Position numbers and translations under genes: made by a program. Positions 44,337 through 55,004 of a stretch of 64,000 bases of DNA are shown piece after piece. The notes beneath the pieces were generated by a model. The model had not been told where the DNA came from, ran no database searches, and was given only the letters and a program-made list of their open reading frames with translations. Positions within the stretch are counted from its first letter, which is position 1; each line of letters begins with the position of its first letter. The DNA is from Myxococcales bacterium (lineage in GTDB: Bacteria; Myxococcota_A; UBA9042; JABWCM01; BTVJ01), in the NCBI GenBank assembly GCA_045863395.1, contig BTVJ01000005.1, positions 64,001 to 128,000 on the forward strand, in the 5' to 3' direction.

Positions 44337-44867
44337 TCACGCGGCCGTGCTCTCCCCGAGCTTCTCCGTGTGCTGGAGAAGGACGCTGAGGATGTCGCGC
44401 TGTGCCTGGCTCAGGACCGTGACGAACTTGGCCGCCGGGGCCTGGAGGACCGACAGGAAGCTCGCGCGCAGCTCGTCCTTGCTGGGGAGCGCCGCGAGCG
44501 CCTTGATTCCGTCGAGGTTCAGCTCCTGACCGGTCAGGTAGCCCGCCTTGATCGTCAGCGCCTCGTTGGTCTTCGCGAAGTCCGTGAGCACTTTGGCGGC
44601 GGCCACGGGATCCGTGGACGACCACGCCAGCGCCATCGGCCCGTGCAGGTACTTTCCTAGGAACTGCTTGTCCGTGCCCTCGATGGCGCGCTTCGCAAGC
44701 GTGTTCTTCACGACGCGGTACTTCACCCCGTTCTCGCGAAGGCTCTTGCGGAGCTGAACCACCTTCTCCACGGTGAGCTTCCGGTACTCGGCGACAAGGA
44801 TCGCTTGAACACCGGCGAACTCGCCCTTGAGGTCCTCGACGACCTGCTCCTTGGTTGTTCTGTCCAT
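44337..44867 (-). CDS. rplJ: 50S ribosomal protein L10
   Basis: VVKNTLA, LAALPS. Start MDRTTK. Confidence 0.98.
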   Translation of the reverse strand: MDRTTKEQVVEDLKGEFAGVQAILVAEYRKLTVEKVVQLRKSLRENGVKYRVVKNTLAKRAIEGTDKQFLGKYLHGPMALAWSSTDPVAAAKVLTDFAKTNEALTIKAGYLTGQELNLDGIKALAALPSKDELRASFLSVLQAPAAKFVTVLSQAQRDILSVLLQHTEKLGESTAA

Positions 44868-44984
44868 GGGACCTACTCCTCCCAATCCATTGGTAAGCAC
44901 ACGATTCTGACCAGACCAGGATGCCGAGAGGAGTCAGCCCCAGACGCTCGTGAGTTCGTCAGGGGGCATCATCACAGCATGCAC

Positions 44985-45100
44985 CTTCCATCTCCGCAGG
45001 CGGAGCGTCCAAAGCCGAGAGTCACGGCCGGCAGCTGGCCGGGCCGGGTCACTCAGCTTCGTGGCTCCATCAAACGCACGGTACCTGCTTCTCGGACAGA
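44985..45100 (-). promoter_or_regulatory. L10 leader (rplJL autoregulatory RNA)
   Basis: Minus strand CCGAGAAGCAGG ... CCTGCGGAGATGG, resembling the L10-leader core, in the 300-nt rplA-rplJ spacer. Confidence 0.7.
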
Positions 45101-45165
45101 GCTCGTGTTCCAGATTGTCAACAGGCTGGTGCCTGGAAACTCCTGCTCCCCGCTGGGAGCAGCCA

Positions 45166-45870
45166 TCACTTCAGGGACGCCTGAACGGCCGTCGGATCCA
45201 GCTTGATGCCGGGGCCCATGGTCGTCGACACCGCGACCCCTCGCACGTACTGCCCCTTCGCGGTCGAGGGCTTCAGGCGAAGCAGCACCTCCACGAGCGC
45301 GGCGACGTTCTCTTGGAGCTTCACCGCCTCGAAGGACCGCTTGCCGACCGGCGCGTGGATGATCCCCGCCTTGTCCACGCGAAATTCGATCTTGCCTGCC
45401 TTCGACTCGCGGACAGCTTGCCCCACGTCGAACGTCACGGTTCCAACCTTCGGATTGGGCATCAGACCGCGTGGTCCGAGGATTCGGCCGATCTTTCCGA
45501 CCGACCCCATCATGTCAGGAGTGGCAACGGCCTTGTCGAAGTCGAGCCACCCCTTTCGAATGTCCTCGACCAGGTCGTCACCGCCCACGCGGTCAGCGCC
45601 GGCCTCCTCCGCCTCGCGCACCTTGTCGCCCTTGGCGAACACCACCACGCGGACCGTCTTTCCGGTGCCGTGGGGAAGTACGCACGCGCCACGGACCATC
45701 TGATCTGCGTGGCGAGGGTTGACGCCGAGCCGAACCGCCACATCGACGGACTCGTCGAACTTGGCGTAGCCGGTCTTCGCGACGAGCTGCATGGCCTCCT
45801 CGAGCGTGTAGAGCTTGAGGCGATCCACCATCTGGGCTTGTGCCCTGAACTTCTTTCCGTGGCTGGGCAT
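45166..45870 (-). CDS. rplA: 50S ribosomal protein L1
   Basis: [25 protein letters not shown]. Confidence 0.99.
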   Translation of the reverse strand: MPSHGKKFRAQAQMVDRLKLYTLEEAMQLVAKTGYAKFDESVDVAVRLGVNPRHADQMVRGACVLPHGTGKTVRVVVFAKGDKVREAEEAGADRVGGDDLVEDIRKGWLDFDKAVATPDMMGSVGKIGRILGPRGLMPNPKVGTVTFDVGQAVRESKAGKIEFRVDKAGIIHAPVGKRSFEAVKLQENVAALVEVLLRLKPSTAKGQYVRGVAVSTTMGPGIKLDPTAVQASLK

Positions 45871-46000
45871 GACACTCTTCCTTCGTGTGCTCGTGGCCGC
45901 AGGGCACCACCTTGACGCCCCACGTGGCACTGGTCGGCGCATCGAGCGGCGACCGGGATGGCTCGGGGCAGCCCGTGGGGGGCCCGGAGCCGGCTCTGCT

Positions 46001-46426
46001 TCAGTCGATGACGTCGATCCCCATGCTGCGGGCGGTGCCCGCTACCGTGCGGATCGCAGCGTCGATATCAGCGGCGTACAGGTCCACACGCTTCAGCTCC
46101 GCGATGTCCCGGACCTGCGCCATGGTGACCTTGCCGACCTTCTGGCGGTTCGGCACGCCGGAACCCTTCGGAATGCCGGCTGCCTTCATCAGCAGCACGG
46201 CTGCCGGGGGGGTCTTCGTGATGAAGTCGAAGGAGCGATCCGAGAAGACGGTGACGATGATCGGGATGATCATGCCCTCCTCCTTGGCGGTTCGCGCATT
46301 GAACTTCTTCACGAACTCCATGATGTTCACGCCGTGCTGACCGAGGGCCGGGCCCACCGGAGGGGCCGGCGTCGCCTTGCCGGCGGGGCACTGCAGCTTG
46401 ACTTGGGCGACGATCTTCTTGGCCAT
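46001..46426 (-). CDS. rplK: 50S ribosomal protein L11
   Basis: [19 protein letters not shown]. Confidence 0.99.
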   Translation of the reverse strand: MAKKIVAQVKLQCPAGKATPAPPVGPALGQHGVNIMEFVKKFNARTAKEEGMIIPIIVTVFSDRSFDFITKTPPAAVLLMKAAGIPKGSGVPNRQKVGKVTMAQVRDIAELKRVDLYAADIDAAIRTVAGTARSMGIDVID

Positions 46427-46530
46427 CTTGTCCTCCGTGTCCTAGCGGCGGGCTCGCCAAGAGCCGCTCGCTTCCGTGGCACGCGCCACTCCGTTGGTTG
46501 TCCGCAAACGCCGGCGCGAGCCAGATCCCG

Positions 46531-47064
46531 TCAGACGCGCTCCACCTGGGTGAAGTCCACCTCTACCGGGGTCGGGCGGCCAAAGATCGACACCAAGACG
46601 CGCAGCTTCTGCTTCTCCGGGCGGACCTCCTCGACGGTGCCGCTGAAGTTGATGAAGGCGCCGCCCGTGATGCGCACCTGGGAGCCCTCTTCGAAGTTCT
46701 GCGCGACCTTGGGACGCTCGGCGCCCTCCTCCATTTGCTGCGTGATGCGGGCGACCTCCGCCTCAGGGATCGGCGGCGGGTTCGTCGTGCCGCCCACGAA
46801 GCCCGTGATCTTCTGAGTCCCCTTCACGATGTGCCACGTCTCGTCGTCGAGCTCCATCTGGACGAGCATGTAGCCGGGGAAGAACTTGCGCGACGAGGTG
46901 CGCTTCGTTCCTCCCTTCATCTCGACGACGCTCTCCTTGGGGATCAGGATGTCGCCAAACCGCTCCTCCACCCCCGCGGTCCGGATGCGCTCCTCGAGGA
47001 GCTGCTTTGCCCGGTTCTCGTAGCCGGAGTAGGTGTGGACCACGTACCACTTCTTCTCGCCCAT
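46531..47064 (-). CDS. nusG: Transcription termination/antitermination factor NusG
   Basis: WYVVHTYSGYE, FFPGY, SIFGRPTPV. True start MGEKKW at 47064. Confidence 0.99.
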   Translation of the reverse strand: MGEKKWYVVHTYSGYENRAKQLLEERIRTAGVEERFGDILIPKESVVEMKGGTKRTSSRKFFPGYMLVQMELDDETWHIVKGTQKITGFVGGTTNPPPIPEAEVARITQQMEEGAERPKVAQNFEEGSQVRITGGAFINFSGTVEEVRPEKQKLRVLVSIFGRPTPVEVDFTQVERV

Positions 47065-47168
47065 GAATCTCTCCTCTCGCCCCCTCCCCTGCGCGGGTCG
47101 TACCGCGCTGGCAGCATCGAGCGAGACATCAGCACCCCGCAACCTGGGACGGCCGCTGCGCTTCCGAG

Positions 47169-47552
47169 TCAGATGTTGTAGATGAAGCCCGTGATCGAGG
47201 ACCACACAGCGTCGAACAGCCCCAGGATGGCCGAGACGATGATCGTGGTGATCACCACGACGACCGTGGAGACCTTGGTCTCGGCCCAGGTCGGCCACGT
47301 CACCTTCTTCAGCTCGTTCGCGATCTCGTGACCCAGCTCGTTCACCCGAGGGTGACGCCAGAGCACTATGCCCGTGGCCATACCCGCGGCGAGACCCAAC
47401 AGGTCGCTCAGCGAGAACCCCGCCCCGAGCAGCGAGCGGTCGGCGCTCGGGCTGATCGCCCCGAGGACGAACCCGAACAACTCTGCCAGGATGATCCAGG
47501 TCAGCAGGCCGGTCGCGACGAAGGCCATGTTGACGTAGCGTGTAACGCTCAT
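47169..47552 (-). CDS. secE: Preprotein translocase SecE (3-TM type)
   Basis: ELKKVTWPT, three hydrophobic helices. Start MSVTRY. Confidence 0.96.
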   Translation of the reverse strand: MSVTRYVNMAFVATGLLTWIILAELFGFVLGAISPSADRSLLGAGFSLSDLLGLAAGMATGIVLWRHPRVNELGHEIANELKKVTWPTWAETKVSTVVVVITTIIVSAILGLFDAVWSSITGFIYNI

Positions 47553-47980
47553 TGGCAGCTTCCCTGTGCGCTTCGGGTGGATGGACCAGGGTGGGCGCTC
47601 TGTGCCACCTCCCACCCATCAGCTTCTCCAGCTGCGGGTGGTGGTGGCCTGAACTCGGTCCTGCTCGTAGCTGGCTCGAGTGCTCGTGCCCCGGAGACCA
47701 TCTTCGTTTCACACCTCGCTCTGCGCGGTGTGAAGTCCTTGGGTTTGGTCGGAGGGAGACCGGCGGCGTGGGTGGGTTGGGTACCCGCCGCCTTCCCTCA
47801 CGAGTCCCTGGGATCAAGCTGATCCCGAGTGGCTCGCTGGGCCGGTCTCACTCCTCCCTGCAGGGCGCCTCTTCAGGCTCCTGCGGTCCAGACACGTCCC
47901 GGGCACCACTTCATCCGGGGCACCGTTTGGGTCGTCTGGCTCTCGGAGGCCACCACGCCCGTTTCGTGTCTCGACCCTAG
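47553..47980 (-). ncRNA. Candidate large structured non-coding RNA, family unknown
   Basis: About 430-nt spacer with many local hairpins and long-range inverted repeats, A-rich linkers on the minus strand, and no credible ORF. Confidence 0.45.
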
Positions 47981-47981
47981 G

Positions 47982-48054
47982 CAGGCCAGGAGGGATTCGA
48001 ACCCCCAACCCTCGGATTTGGAGTCCGATGCTCTACCGTTAGAGCTACTGGCCT
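47982..48054 (-). tRNA. tRNA-Trp(CCA)
   Basis: AGGCCAG/CTGGCCT acceptor, TCGGA-CT CCA AA-TCCGA. 3' CCA not encoded. Confidence 0.96.
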
Positions 48055-48103
48055 GTTGTCACGGAGCTCTTGCCCCGCGACGACAGGGTGCCGGGCACCC
48101 TGC

Positions 48104-48283
48104 TCACTTCACCTCTTTGTGCACCGTGTGGCGCCGCTCGAACCTGCAGTACTTGCGGAACTCCAAACGGGCCGGGGTGCGCTTCTTGTTCTTCGTCGTG
48201 CTGTACCGGGACACCCCCGGCATGCCGCTCTTGCGACACTCCGTGCACTCGAGCTGCACGATGATGCGGTTTCCCTGAGCCAT
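48104..48283 (-). CDS. rpmG: 50S ribosomal protein L33 (not in ORF track)
   Basis: Manual translation [59 protein letters not shown]. Confidence 0.97.
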   Translation of the reverse strand: MAQGNRIIVQLECTECRKSGMPGVSRYSTTKNKKRTPARLEFRKYCRFERRHTVHKEVK

Positions 48284-48358
48284 GGTTGCGTCCTCGGTTC
48301 ATGTGCGGACGCCCGACGCACGCGCGTCGGGCGCCCTCTGTGCTCTCTCGTCGCGGTC

Positions 48359-49552
<1,194 letters not shown>

Positions 49553-49639
49553 TGCTCTCTCCTTTGAAATCCCCGTGGCGCGCCTGGCGGCCTCGACCAT
49601 CGGCTTGGTGTTACAACCACGTTCACGGCGCGAGCCGCC

Positions 49640-49715
49640 TGGAGCCTACGACCGGGATTGAACCGGTGACCTCCTCCTTACCAAGGAGGTGCTCTACCGA
49701 CTGAGCTACGTAGGC
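49640..49715 (-). tRNA. tRNA-Thr(GGT)
   Basis: Cloverleaf, CCTCC-TT GGT AA-GGAGG, CCA encoded. Confidence 0.96.
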
Positions 49716-49762
49716 CTGGGGTTGGCGCCCGCTCTAGCCTCTCACTGCTCTTGTCCACGCGG

Positions 49763-49836
49763 AGCGGGAAACGGGACTCGAACCCGCGACCCTCAGCTTG
49801 GAAGGCTGATGCTCTAGCCAACTGAGCTATTCCCGC
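49763..49836 (-). tRNA. tRNA-Gly(TCC)
   Basis: GCGGGAA acceptor, TCAGC-CT TCC AA-GCTGA. CCA not encoded. Confidence 0.96.
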
Positions 49837-49884
49837 GATTGCTCCTGCGTTCAGTTCATGCACGCCGCGGACGGCGGGCTGCCC

Positions 49885-49970
49885 TGGTGGAGGGGGGAGG
49901 ATTCGAACCTCCGAAGTCGTCCGACGACAGATTTACAGTCTGTTCCCTTTGGCCACTCGGGAACCCCTCC
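49885..49970 (-). tRNA. tRNA-Tyr(GTA)
   Basis: ACAGA-CT GTA AA-TCTGT, long variable arm, CCA encoded. Confidence 0.96.
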
Positions 49971-49985
49971 AGTTGTCATCCTCAG

Positions 49986-50058
49986 AGCTGGCGATGGGAC
50001 TCGAACCCGCAACCTGCTGATTACAAATCAGCTGCTCTGCCAATTGAGCTACGCCAGC
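49986..50058 (-). tRNA. tRNA-Thr(TGT)
   Basis: GCTGGCG acceptor, CTGAT-T TGT A-ATCAG region. CCA not encoded. Confidence 0.96.
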
Positions 50059-50107
50059 GCGTCTTGGTGGCCGGCTTCTTGCCGCTGCCCCCTCGCGAGG
50101 GAGCATA

Positions 50108-50252
50108 GCGATATTGGATTCGTCTCGTTCTGTCAAGCCCAAACGCACCACAAGCCGACCGCGCCTCGGTTGGCCAAGGCGTCGCGCCGCCGTGCCCACG
50201 GCTTCAGCGAACCGTGGCGCCGCAGCATAGACATCACTGCGGGCCGCGTCAA
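50108..50252 (-). promoter_or_regulatory. Two tandem sigma-70-like promoters for the tRNA-tuf operon
   Basis: TTGACG(50252-47)-17 nt-TATGCT and TTGACA(50136-31)-17 nt-TATCGC. Confidence 0.55.
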
Positions 50253-50286
50253 CAGGAAACGCACCTTGCGGAGAGTCCCGCCGCCT

Positions 50287-51555
50287 TCAGATGCCTGCCT
50301 CCTCAGGTCCGAGGAACTCGTCACGCACCGACGGATCGCCGGGGACCGCGAAGTCCCGCTCCACCTGCTCGTAGTAGTCGATGATCCGCCGCACATAGGC
50401 GCGCTTGGCGAGGTAGTTGCCCGGGAAGAAGCTGCGCTTGAACCCGTAGATGATGTGATGGCGCAAATCCCGGCGCGTCAGGTTGAAGTGGCGCACCGCG
50501 AGCTCAATCTCCCGCGTTACGGTCGTGCTCGACACCGTCCGGTTGTCGGTACAGAACGTCGTCGACAGACGCAGCTTCTGCATGTCACGGAACGCGTGAT
50601 CAGCAATGGACTTCAGCATGGGGTTGGTCTGCAGGTTGCTCGACAGGCAGATCTCGATCGTCACGCGCCGGTCCGCGATGTACTGAGCCAGATCACGGAT
50701 GTAGCCATGCTTGTCGTTGATGTTGCTCTCGATGAGCCACGCGCTGAGCAGGTGGTAGCCGTGCCCGATCCGATCCGCGTGCAGGTCGGTGATGGCCTGG
50801 AAGATGCTCTCCGGACCATAGGCTTCACCGGCGTGGACCGTCTTCTTCATGAAGTTCTTGTGGACGAACTGGTAGGCCTCCGCGTGGTCCACCGCCGGGA
50901 AGCCGTTCTCCTGGCCGGCCAGGTCGAAGCCCACGATCGGGAGCCCGTACTCGTTGCGAAGCGCGACCACCGCCTGGGCCAGCTCCAGGGACGCCATGGC
51001 GAAGGCACGCTTCCGGGGGGTGTAGCGGTGGACGTCCAGGAACTGGTGGAAGTACGGCCCGAATTCAGCCGTGAACATGCGCATGGCGCAGGCGATGATG
51101 CCATACTCGAAGGGTGGCTCTTGGCCGCTTCGCACCTCGGCGCGAGCGTTGAACTGGTCCCGCCCCCTCTTGAAGCCTCGGTGAACGGCCCACATCACAC
51201 GCTTGAGGTCGAGGTGCTCGTTGATGTGGAGCTGGGGAGCAAACCGGGGCTCGATGTAGCGGACCCCCTCGGCCTGGTTGTCGAGCGCGAACTCATAGGC
51301 GATGCGCTCGAGAGCCTCCTCGTCCTGCATCACCGCGGTCAGGTACTGGAAGCCTTGCAGGTACTCGACCAGGCTGCCGTACAGATCCTTGAACACCGTC
51401 TCGCGAAGTCCCTCCTCGGTGTACGAGGGAAGCTCAACGTTGCGCTCCCGCGCCAGCTCGATGAGCGTGGAGAGGCGCACAGACCCGTCCAGGTGGACGT
51501 GGAGGTCGCTCTTTGGGAGCTTCTCCAGGAACTCGCGACTGATGGACTCGTTCAT
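50287..51555 (-). CDS. Adenosine/AMP deaminase family amidohydrolase
   Basis: DLHVHLDGS, GFDLAG.E, TVHAGE, RIGHG, EICLSSN, CTDN. Confidence 0.92.
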   Translation of the reverse strand: MNESISREFLEKLPKSDLHVHLDGSVRLSTLIELARERNVELPSYTEEGLRETVFKDLYGSLVEYLQGFQYLTAVMQDEEALERIAYEFALDNQAEGVRYIEPRFAPQLHINEHLDLKRVMWAVHRGFKRGRDQFNARAEVRSGQEPPFEYGIIACAMRMFTAEFGPYFHQFLDVHRYTPRKRAFAMASLELAQAVVALRNEYGLPIVGFDLAGQENGFPAVDHAEAYQFVHKNFMKKTVHAGEAYGPESIFQAITDLHADRIGHGYHLLSAWLIESNINDKHGYIRDLAQYIADRRVTIEICLSSNLQTNPMLKSIADHAFRDMQKLRLSTTFCTDNRTVSSTTVTREIELAVRHFNLTRRDLRHHIIYGFKRSFFPGNYLAKRAYVRRIIDYYEQVERDFAVPGDPSVRDEFLGPEEAGI

Positions 51556-52319
51556 GGAACACCCGGGCCGCCATGCGGAGCAGCGAGGACGCGCTGGCGC
51601 AAGGCTTCGTAGAGGAAGATGCCAGCGAACACGCTGACGTTGAGAGACTCCATGCGACCCTGGGAGGGCAGCGTGACCAGGCGATCACAGCGCTCCGTCG
51701 TGAGGCGGCGCATGCCCGGTCCCTCGGCGCCCAACACGAGCGCCGTAGGCACCGTGAAGTCAACTGCGGTGATGGGCTCCCCGCCAGCCGGAACGCTGCC
51801 CACGACCCAGAGCCCGCCTGCTTTCAGCTCATCGAGGGCTCGGGCGAGGTTCGTGACCATGCACACCGGCAGCATGGCCGCGGCGCCGGCGGCGGCCCGC
51901 TCGACGGTAGGGTTGACGTGGACTGCGCGGTCCTTGGGGATGACCACTCCCGTGGCGCCGAAGAACGCCGCGCTGCGAAGGATGGCGCCGAGGTTCTGGG
52001 GATCGGAGACGCCGTCGAGCACAACGAGCAGCGGCGCGTGGTCTCGCGCCTTGACGACCTCGTCCAGGTCCACGTAGGAGAACGCGCGGAGCTCGGCGGC
52101 GACCCCCTGCGTATTTCGCCCCGCGGCGAGGCGCTTGAAGTAGTCCGTCTGCTCCGGCTCGACCGGAATCCCGGCCTGGCGGGCCTCCGAGACGATGGCT
52201 TCGCGGGCAGGGTGTGGGCGGACGTCGGCCTGGATCAGGATCCGAATGACCCGATCGGGGGTCTCGGACAGCGCCGAGGCGACTGCGTGGATGCCTGTGA
52301 CCCGCTCAACCGCGGCCAA
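51552..52319 (-). CDS. rlmB: 23S rRNA Gm2251 methyltransferase (SPOUT, RlmB)
   Basis: LDGVSDPQNLGAILRSA, LGAEGPG, ESLNVSV. Confidence 0.92.
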   Translation of the reverse strand: MAAVERVTGIHAVASALSETPDRVIRILIQADVRPHPAREAIVSEARQAGIPVEPEQTDYFKRLAAGRNTQGVAAELRAFSYVDLDEVVKARDHAPLLVVLDGVSDPQNLGAILRSAAFFGATGVVIPKDRAVHVNPTVERAAAGAAAMLPVCMVTNLARALDELKAGGLWVVGSVPAGGEPITAVDFTVPTALVLGAEGPGMRRLTTERCDRLVTLPSQGRMESLNVSVFAGIFLYEALRQRVLAAPHGGPGVP

Positions 52320-54054
52320 GGCGAGCCTCCTGCTCAGCGTGGGACGCGGCGAGGAGCGACTGCACGGCGGCGACCACCTGGTCCGGCGGAATGACCTCCC
52401 GCGTGTCCTCGCTCCTGCGCTTCAGCTCCACCCCACCCGCCTCCAGGGACTTGCGGCCGACGACCACCTGAACCGGCGTCCCCATCAGGTCCGCGTCCTT
52501 GAACTTCGCTCCCGGCCGCTCCTCCCGGTCGTCGTAGAGCGCGTCGACTCCCGCCTCAAGGAGGGAGCGGTAGAGTCGCTCCGCCTCGGCGCGCACCGTC
52601 GGGTCATCGACGTTCAGCGCCATGACCACCACCTGGAACGGAGCGATGGCGGGCGGGAAGCGGATCCCCCCCTTGTCGTGGTGCTGCTCGATGGCCGCCG
52701 AGAGGATACGGGTAACGCCGATGCCGTAGCAGCCCATGACCGCGACCTGCTCCTTGCCGGCCTCGTCGAGGAAGGTGCAGCGCATGGGTTCGGAGTAGCG
52801 CGTGCCGAGCAGGAAGATGTGCCCCACCTCGATGCCACGAAAGAACGAGAACGTGCCCTCACCGCACCTCGGGCAAGCCTCGCCTCCGACGGCGGTGCGC
52901 AAGTCGATGGCCTGCGCGACCTGGAAGTCGCGTCCAGGGGTGACGTCGACCAAGTGGGTGTCTGCTTGGTTCGCCCCGACCACGGCGTTGATCTGCCCCA
53001 GGAGCGAGTGGTCAGCCACGATGCGCACGTCGCCCGGCAAGCCCACGGGGCCGGCGAACCCTACCGGGGCGCCCGTGACGCGGCGCACCGTGTCCTCGTC
53101 GGCGAGGCCAAGGTCGCTCGCACCCAGGGCAGCCTTGAGCTTGATCTCGTTGAGCTCGTGGTCGCCCCGCACGAGGGCTGCGACCACGGACCCATCAGCG
53201 ATGAACAGCAGCGTCTTGATCAGCCGCTCCGGGGGAACGCCCAGGAAGGCCGTGACCTCCTCGACTGTGCGCATGCGGGGTGTGGCCACGAGCCTGGGCG
53301 CACGAGCGTCCTCGCCGGCGCCGGCCAGCGGAGCCGGCTTGAGCTCCGCCTTCTCGACGTTTGCGGTATAGGGGCAGGTTGAGCAGGAGACGATGGAGTC
53401 CTCGCCAGTCTCGGCGAGCACCTGGAACTCGTGACTCGCCGAGCCTCCGATGTTCCCCGTGTCCGCCTCGACCACGCGGAAGTCCAGGCCGCAGCGAGTG
53501 AAGATGCGCGTATAGGCTTCGTGCATCCGGTCATAGCTGCGCCGCGCTGCCTCCAAGGTGGCGTCGAAGCTGTATGCGTCCTTCATGATGAACTCGCGTC
53601 CACGCATCAAGCCGCCGCGCGGTCTGAGCTCATCACGAAACTTGCCCTGGATCTGATAGAGGTTGATGGGGAGCTGGCGATAGGACCGAACGTCCCGCCG
53701 CACCAAGTCTACGACCACCTCCTCATGGGTCGGGCCGAGGCAGAACTCGCTCCCCTTGCGGTCCTTGAAGCGCAGCAGCTCGGGGCCATACTTGGCCCAT
53801 CGCCCGGACTCCTGCCAGAGCTCCGCCGGCTGCACCGTTGGCATCAGCACCTCCATGGCGCCGGCCCGGTTCATCTCCTCACGGACGATGGCCTCGATCT
53901 TGGACAGGACCCGGACGCCGAGGGGGAGAAAGCTGTAGACCCCTGCTGCGACCTTGCGGATGAACCCGCCGCGGATCAGGAGCTCGTGGCTGGGAAGCTC
54001 CGCGTCCTTGGGAGCCTCCTTGAGAGTGGGCGCGTGAAATGCCGAGAGGCGCAT
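52306..54054 (-). CDS. proS: Proline--tRNA ligase (bacterial type with INS editing domain)
   Basis: GPTHEE, FRDELRPRGGLMRGREF, GIEVGHIF, GCYGIG. Start MRLSAF at 54054. Confidence 0.98.
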   Translation of the reverse strand: MRLSAFHAPTLKEAPKDAELPSHELLIRGGFIRKVAAGVYSFLPLGVRVLSKIEAIVREEMNRAGAMEVLMPTVQPAELWQESGRWAKYGPELLRFKDRKGSEFCLGPTHEEVVVDLVRRDVRSYRQLPINLYQIQGKFRDELRPRGGLMRGREFIMKDAYSFDATLEAARRSYDRMHEAYTRIFTRCGLDFRVVEADTGNIGGSASHEFQVLAETGEDSIVSCSTCPYTANVEKAELKPAPLAGAGEDARAPRLVATPRMRTVEEVTAFLGVPPERLIKTLLFIADGSVVAALVRGDHELNEIKLKAALGASDLGLADEDTVRRVTGAPVGFAGPVGLPGDVRIVADHSLLGQINAVVGANQADTHLVDVTPGRDFQVAQAIDLRTAVGGEACPRCGEGTFSFFRGIEVGHIFLLGTRYSEPMRCTFLDEAGKEQVAVMGCYGIGVTRILSAAIEQHHDKGGIRFPPAIAPFQVVVMALNVDDPTVRAEAERLYRSLLEAGVDALYDDREERPGAKFKDADLMGTPVQVVVGRKSLEAGGVELKRRSEDTREVIPPDQVVAAVQSLLAASHAEQEARLGRG

Positions 54055-54117
54055 CTGTGGTCTCCTGCGGGTGGGAGTACGGCGCGCATCACCACCCGCC
54101 GCGCCCCAGGGTGGCGC

Positions 54118-54147
54118 ACGATAGCACCGGCGTCCCGAGGGTGTCAA
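54118..54147 (-). promoter_or_regulatory. proS promoter
   Basis: TTGACA-18 nt-TATCGT with an extended TG. Confidence 0.65.
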
Positions 54148-54319
54148 CGCGTGCCGGGAGAGGAAGGTCAGGCTCCGACGACACATCGGCCCGACTCCGC
54201 GCGCGCAGTCCCAGGAGCGCTGGATCCAGGGAGTTCACCGCTGCATCCTGGCGAGTCGGGGACCCGCTGCGCCGAGAAGTGTCGCGACGGCGCTTCCCTT
54301 TACCACAGGGTGAGGACCG

Positions 54320-54934
54320 ATGAGCAAGCGACGATCAAGAGATGAGTTGGAGGCAGAAGACGCCCTCTTCGAGGCAGCCATGGCCACCCTGGGGTCCGCG
54401 CCGCCAGAGGTCAAGGCGCCCTTGTCGTCTCGGCAGCCGGCCCTGCGGCCCCCCTCGACGGAGGACGCCGGGAGAGCCGCCTGGCTCCGGGAGCAGGACG
54501 CTCTCTTCGAAGCGAGCGTCTCAGACGCAGTTGCACCAGACCCGGAGGACGTGGGGGAGAAGCCGCCGGGTCCACGGCGGTCGGTACACGCAGGGACGAG
54601 GAGGACGCTGAACAGGCGCCTCCATCAGGGCGACGTGCGCCCCGACGGCGCTCTGGATCTGCACGGACTCAGGCGCGAAGCTGCACGGACCCGCCTCATC
54701 ACCTTCGTACGAGGCGCCTTCGCGTCCGGTGGGCGCCTGCTCCTTGTCGTCACGGGGCGGGGCAAGCACTCCGCAGGAGATGCGGTGCTCCGGGAGATGA
54801 CGCCTCACTGGGTTCGGGAGGATCTTGACGACGTGGTCCAGGACTGCTGGAAGGCACCCGCAGAGCTGGGTGGAGAGGGGGCGCTGTTGGTGCTCCTGAG
54901 GCCGCCGCGGCGCGCGGACCCGGGACTCGGCTGA
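54320..54934 (+). CDS. Stand-alone Smr domain protein
   Basis: LDLHG, VVTGRGKHS, GGEGALLVLL. Confidence 0.9.
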   Translation: MSKRRSRDELEAEDALFEAAMATLGSAPPEVKAPLSSRQPALRPPSTEDAGRAAWLREQDALFEASVSDAVAPDPEDVGEKPPGPRRSVHAGTRRTLNRRLHQGDVRPDGALDLHGLRREAARTRLITFVRGAFASGGRLLLVVTGRGKHSAGDAVLREMTPHWVREDLDDVVQDCWKAPAELGGEGALLVLLRPPRRADPGLG

Positions 54935-55004
54935 CGGGGAGCTGGTCGGGGAGCGGAGACGGGTCGGGGGAGCGGGCGGCCCGAGCGGCCGCCCCGTCGC
55001 GAGC

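Noticed and set aside
47065..47817. Apparent 250-aa N-terminal extension of NusG (428-aa ORF) and the 142-aa plus-strand ORF at 47552-47980
   Set aside because: The extension overlaps secE out of frame and nusG has its own SD and ATG at 47064. The plus ORF has a TTG start, no SD and random-looking composition.
54055..54319. T-box riboswitch upstream of proS
   Set aside because: The promoter is only about 65 nt from the start, and no T-box AAGGTGGNACC motif or terminator is present.
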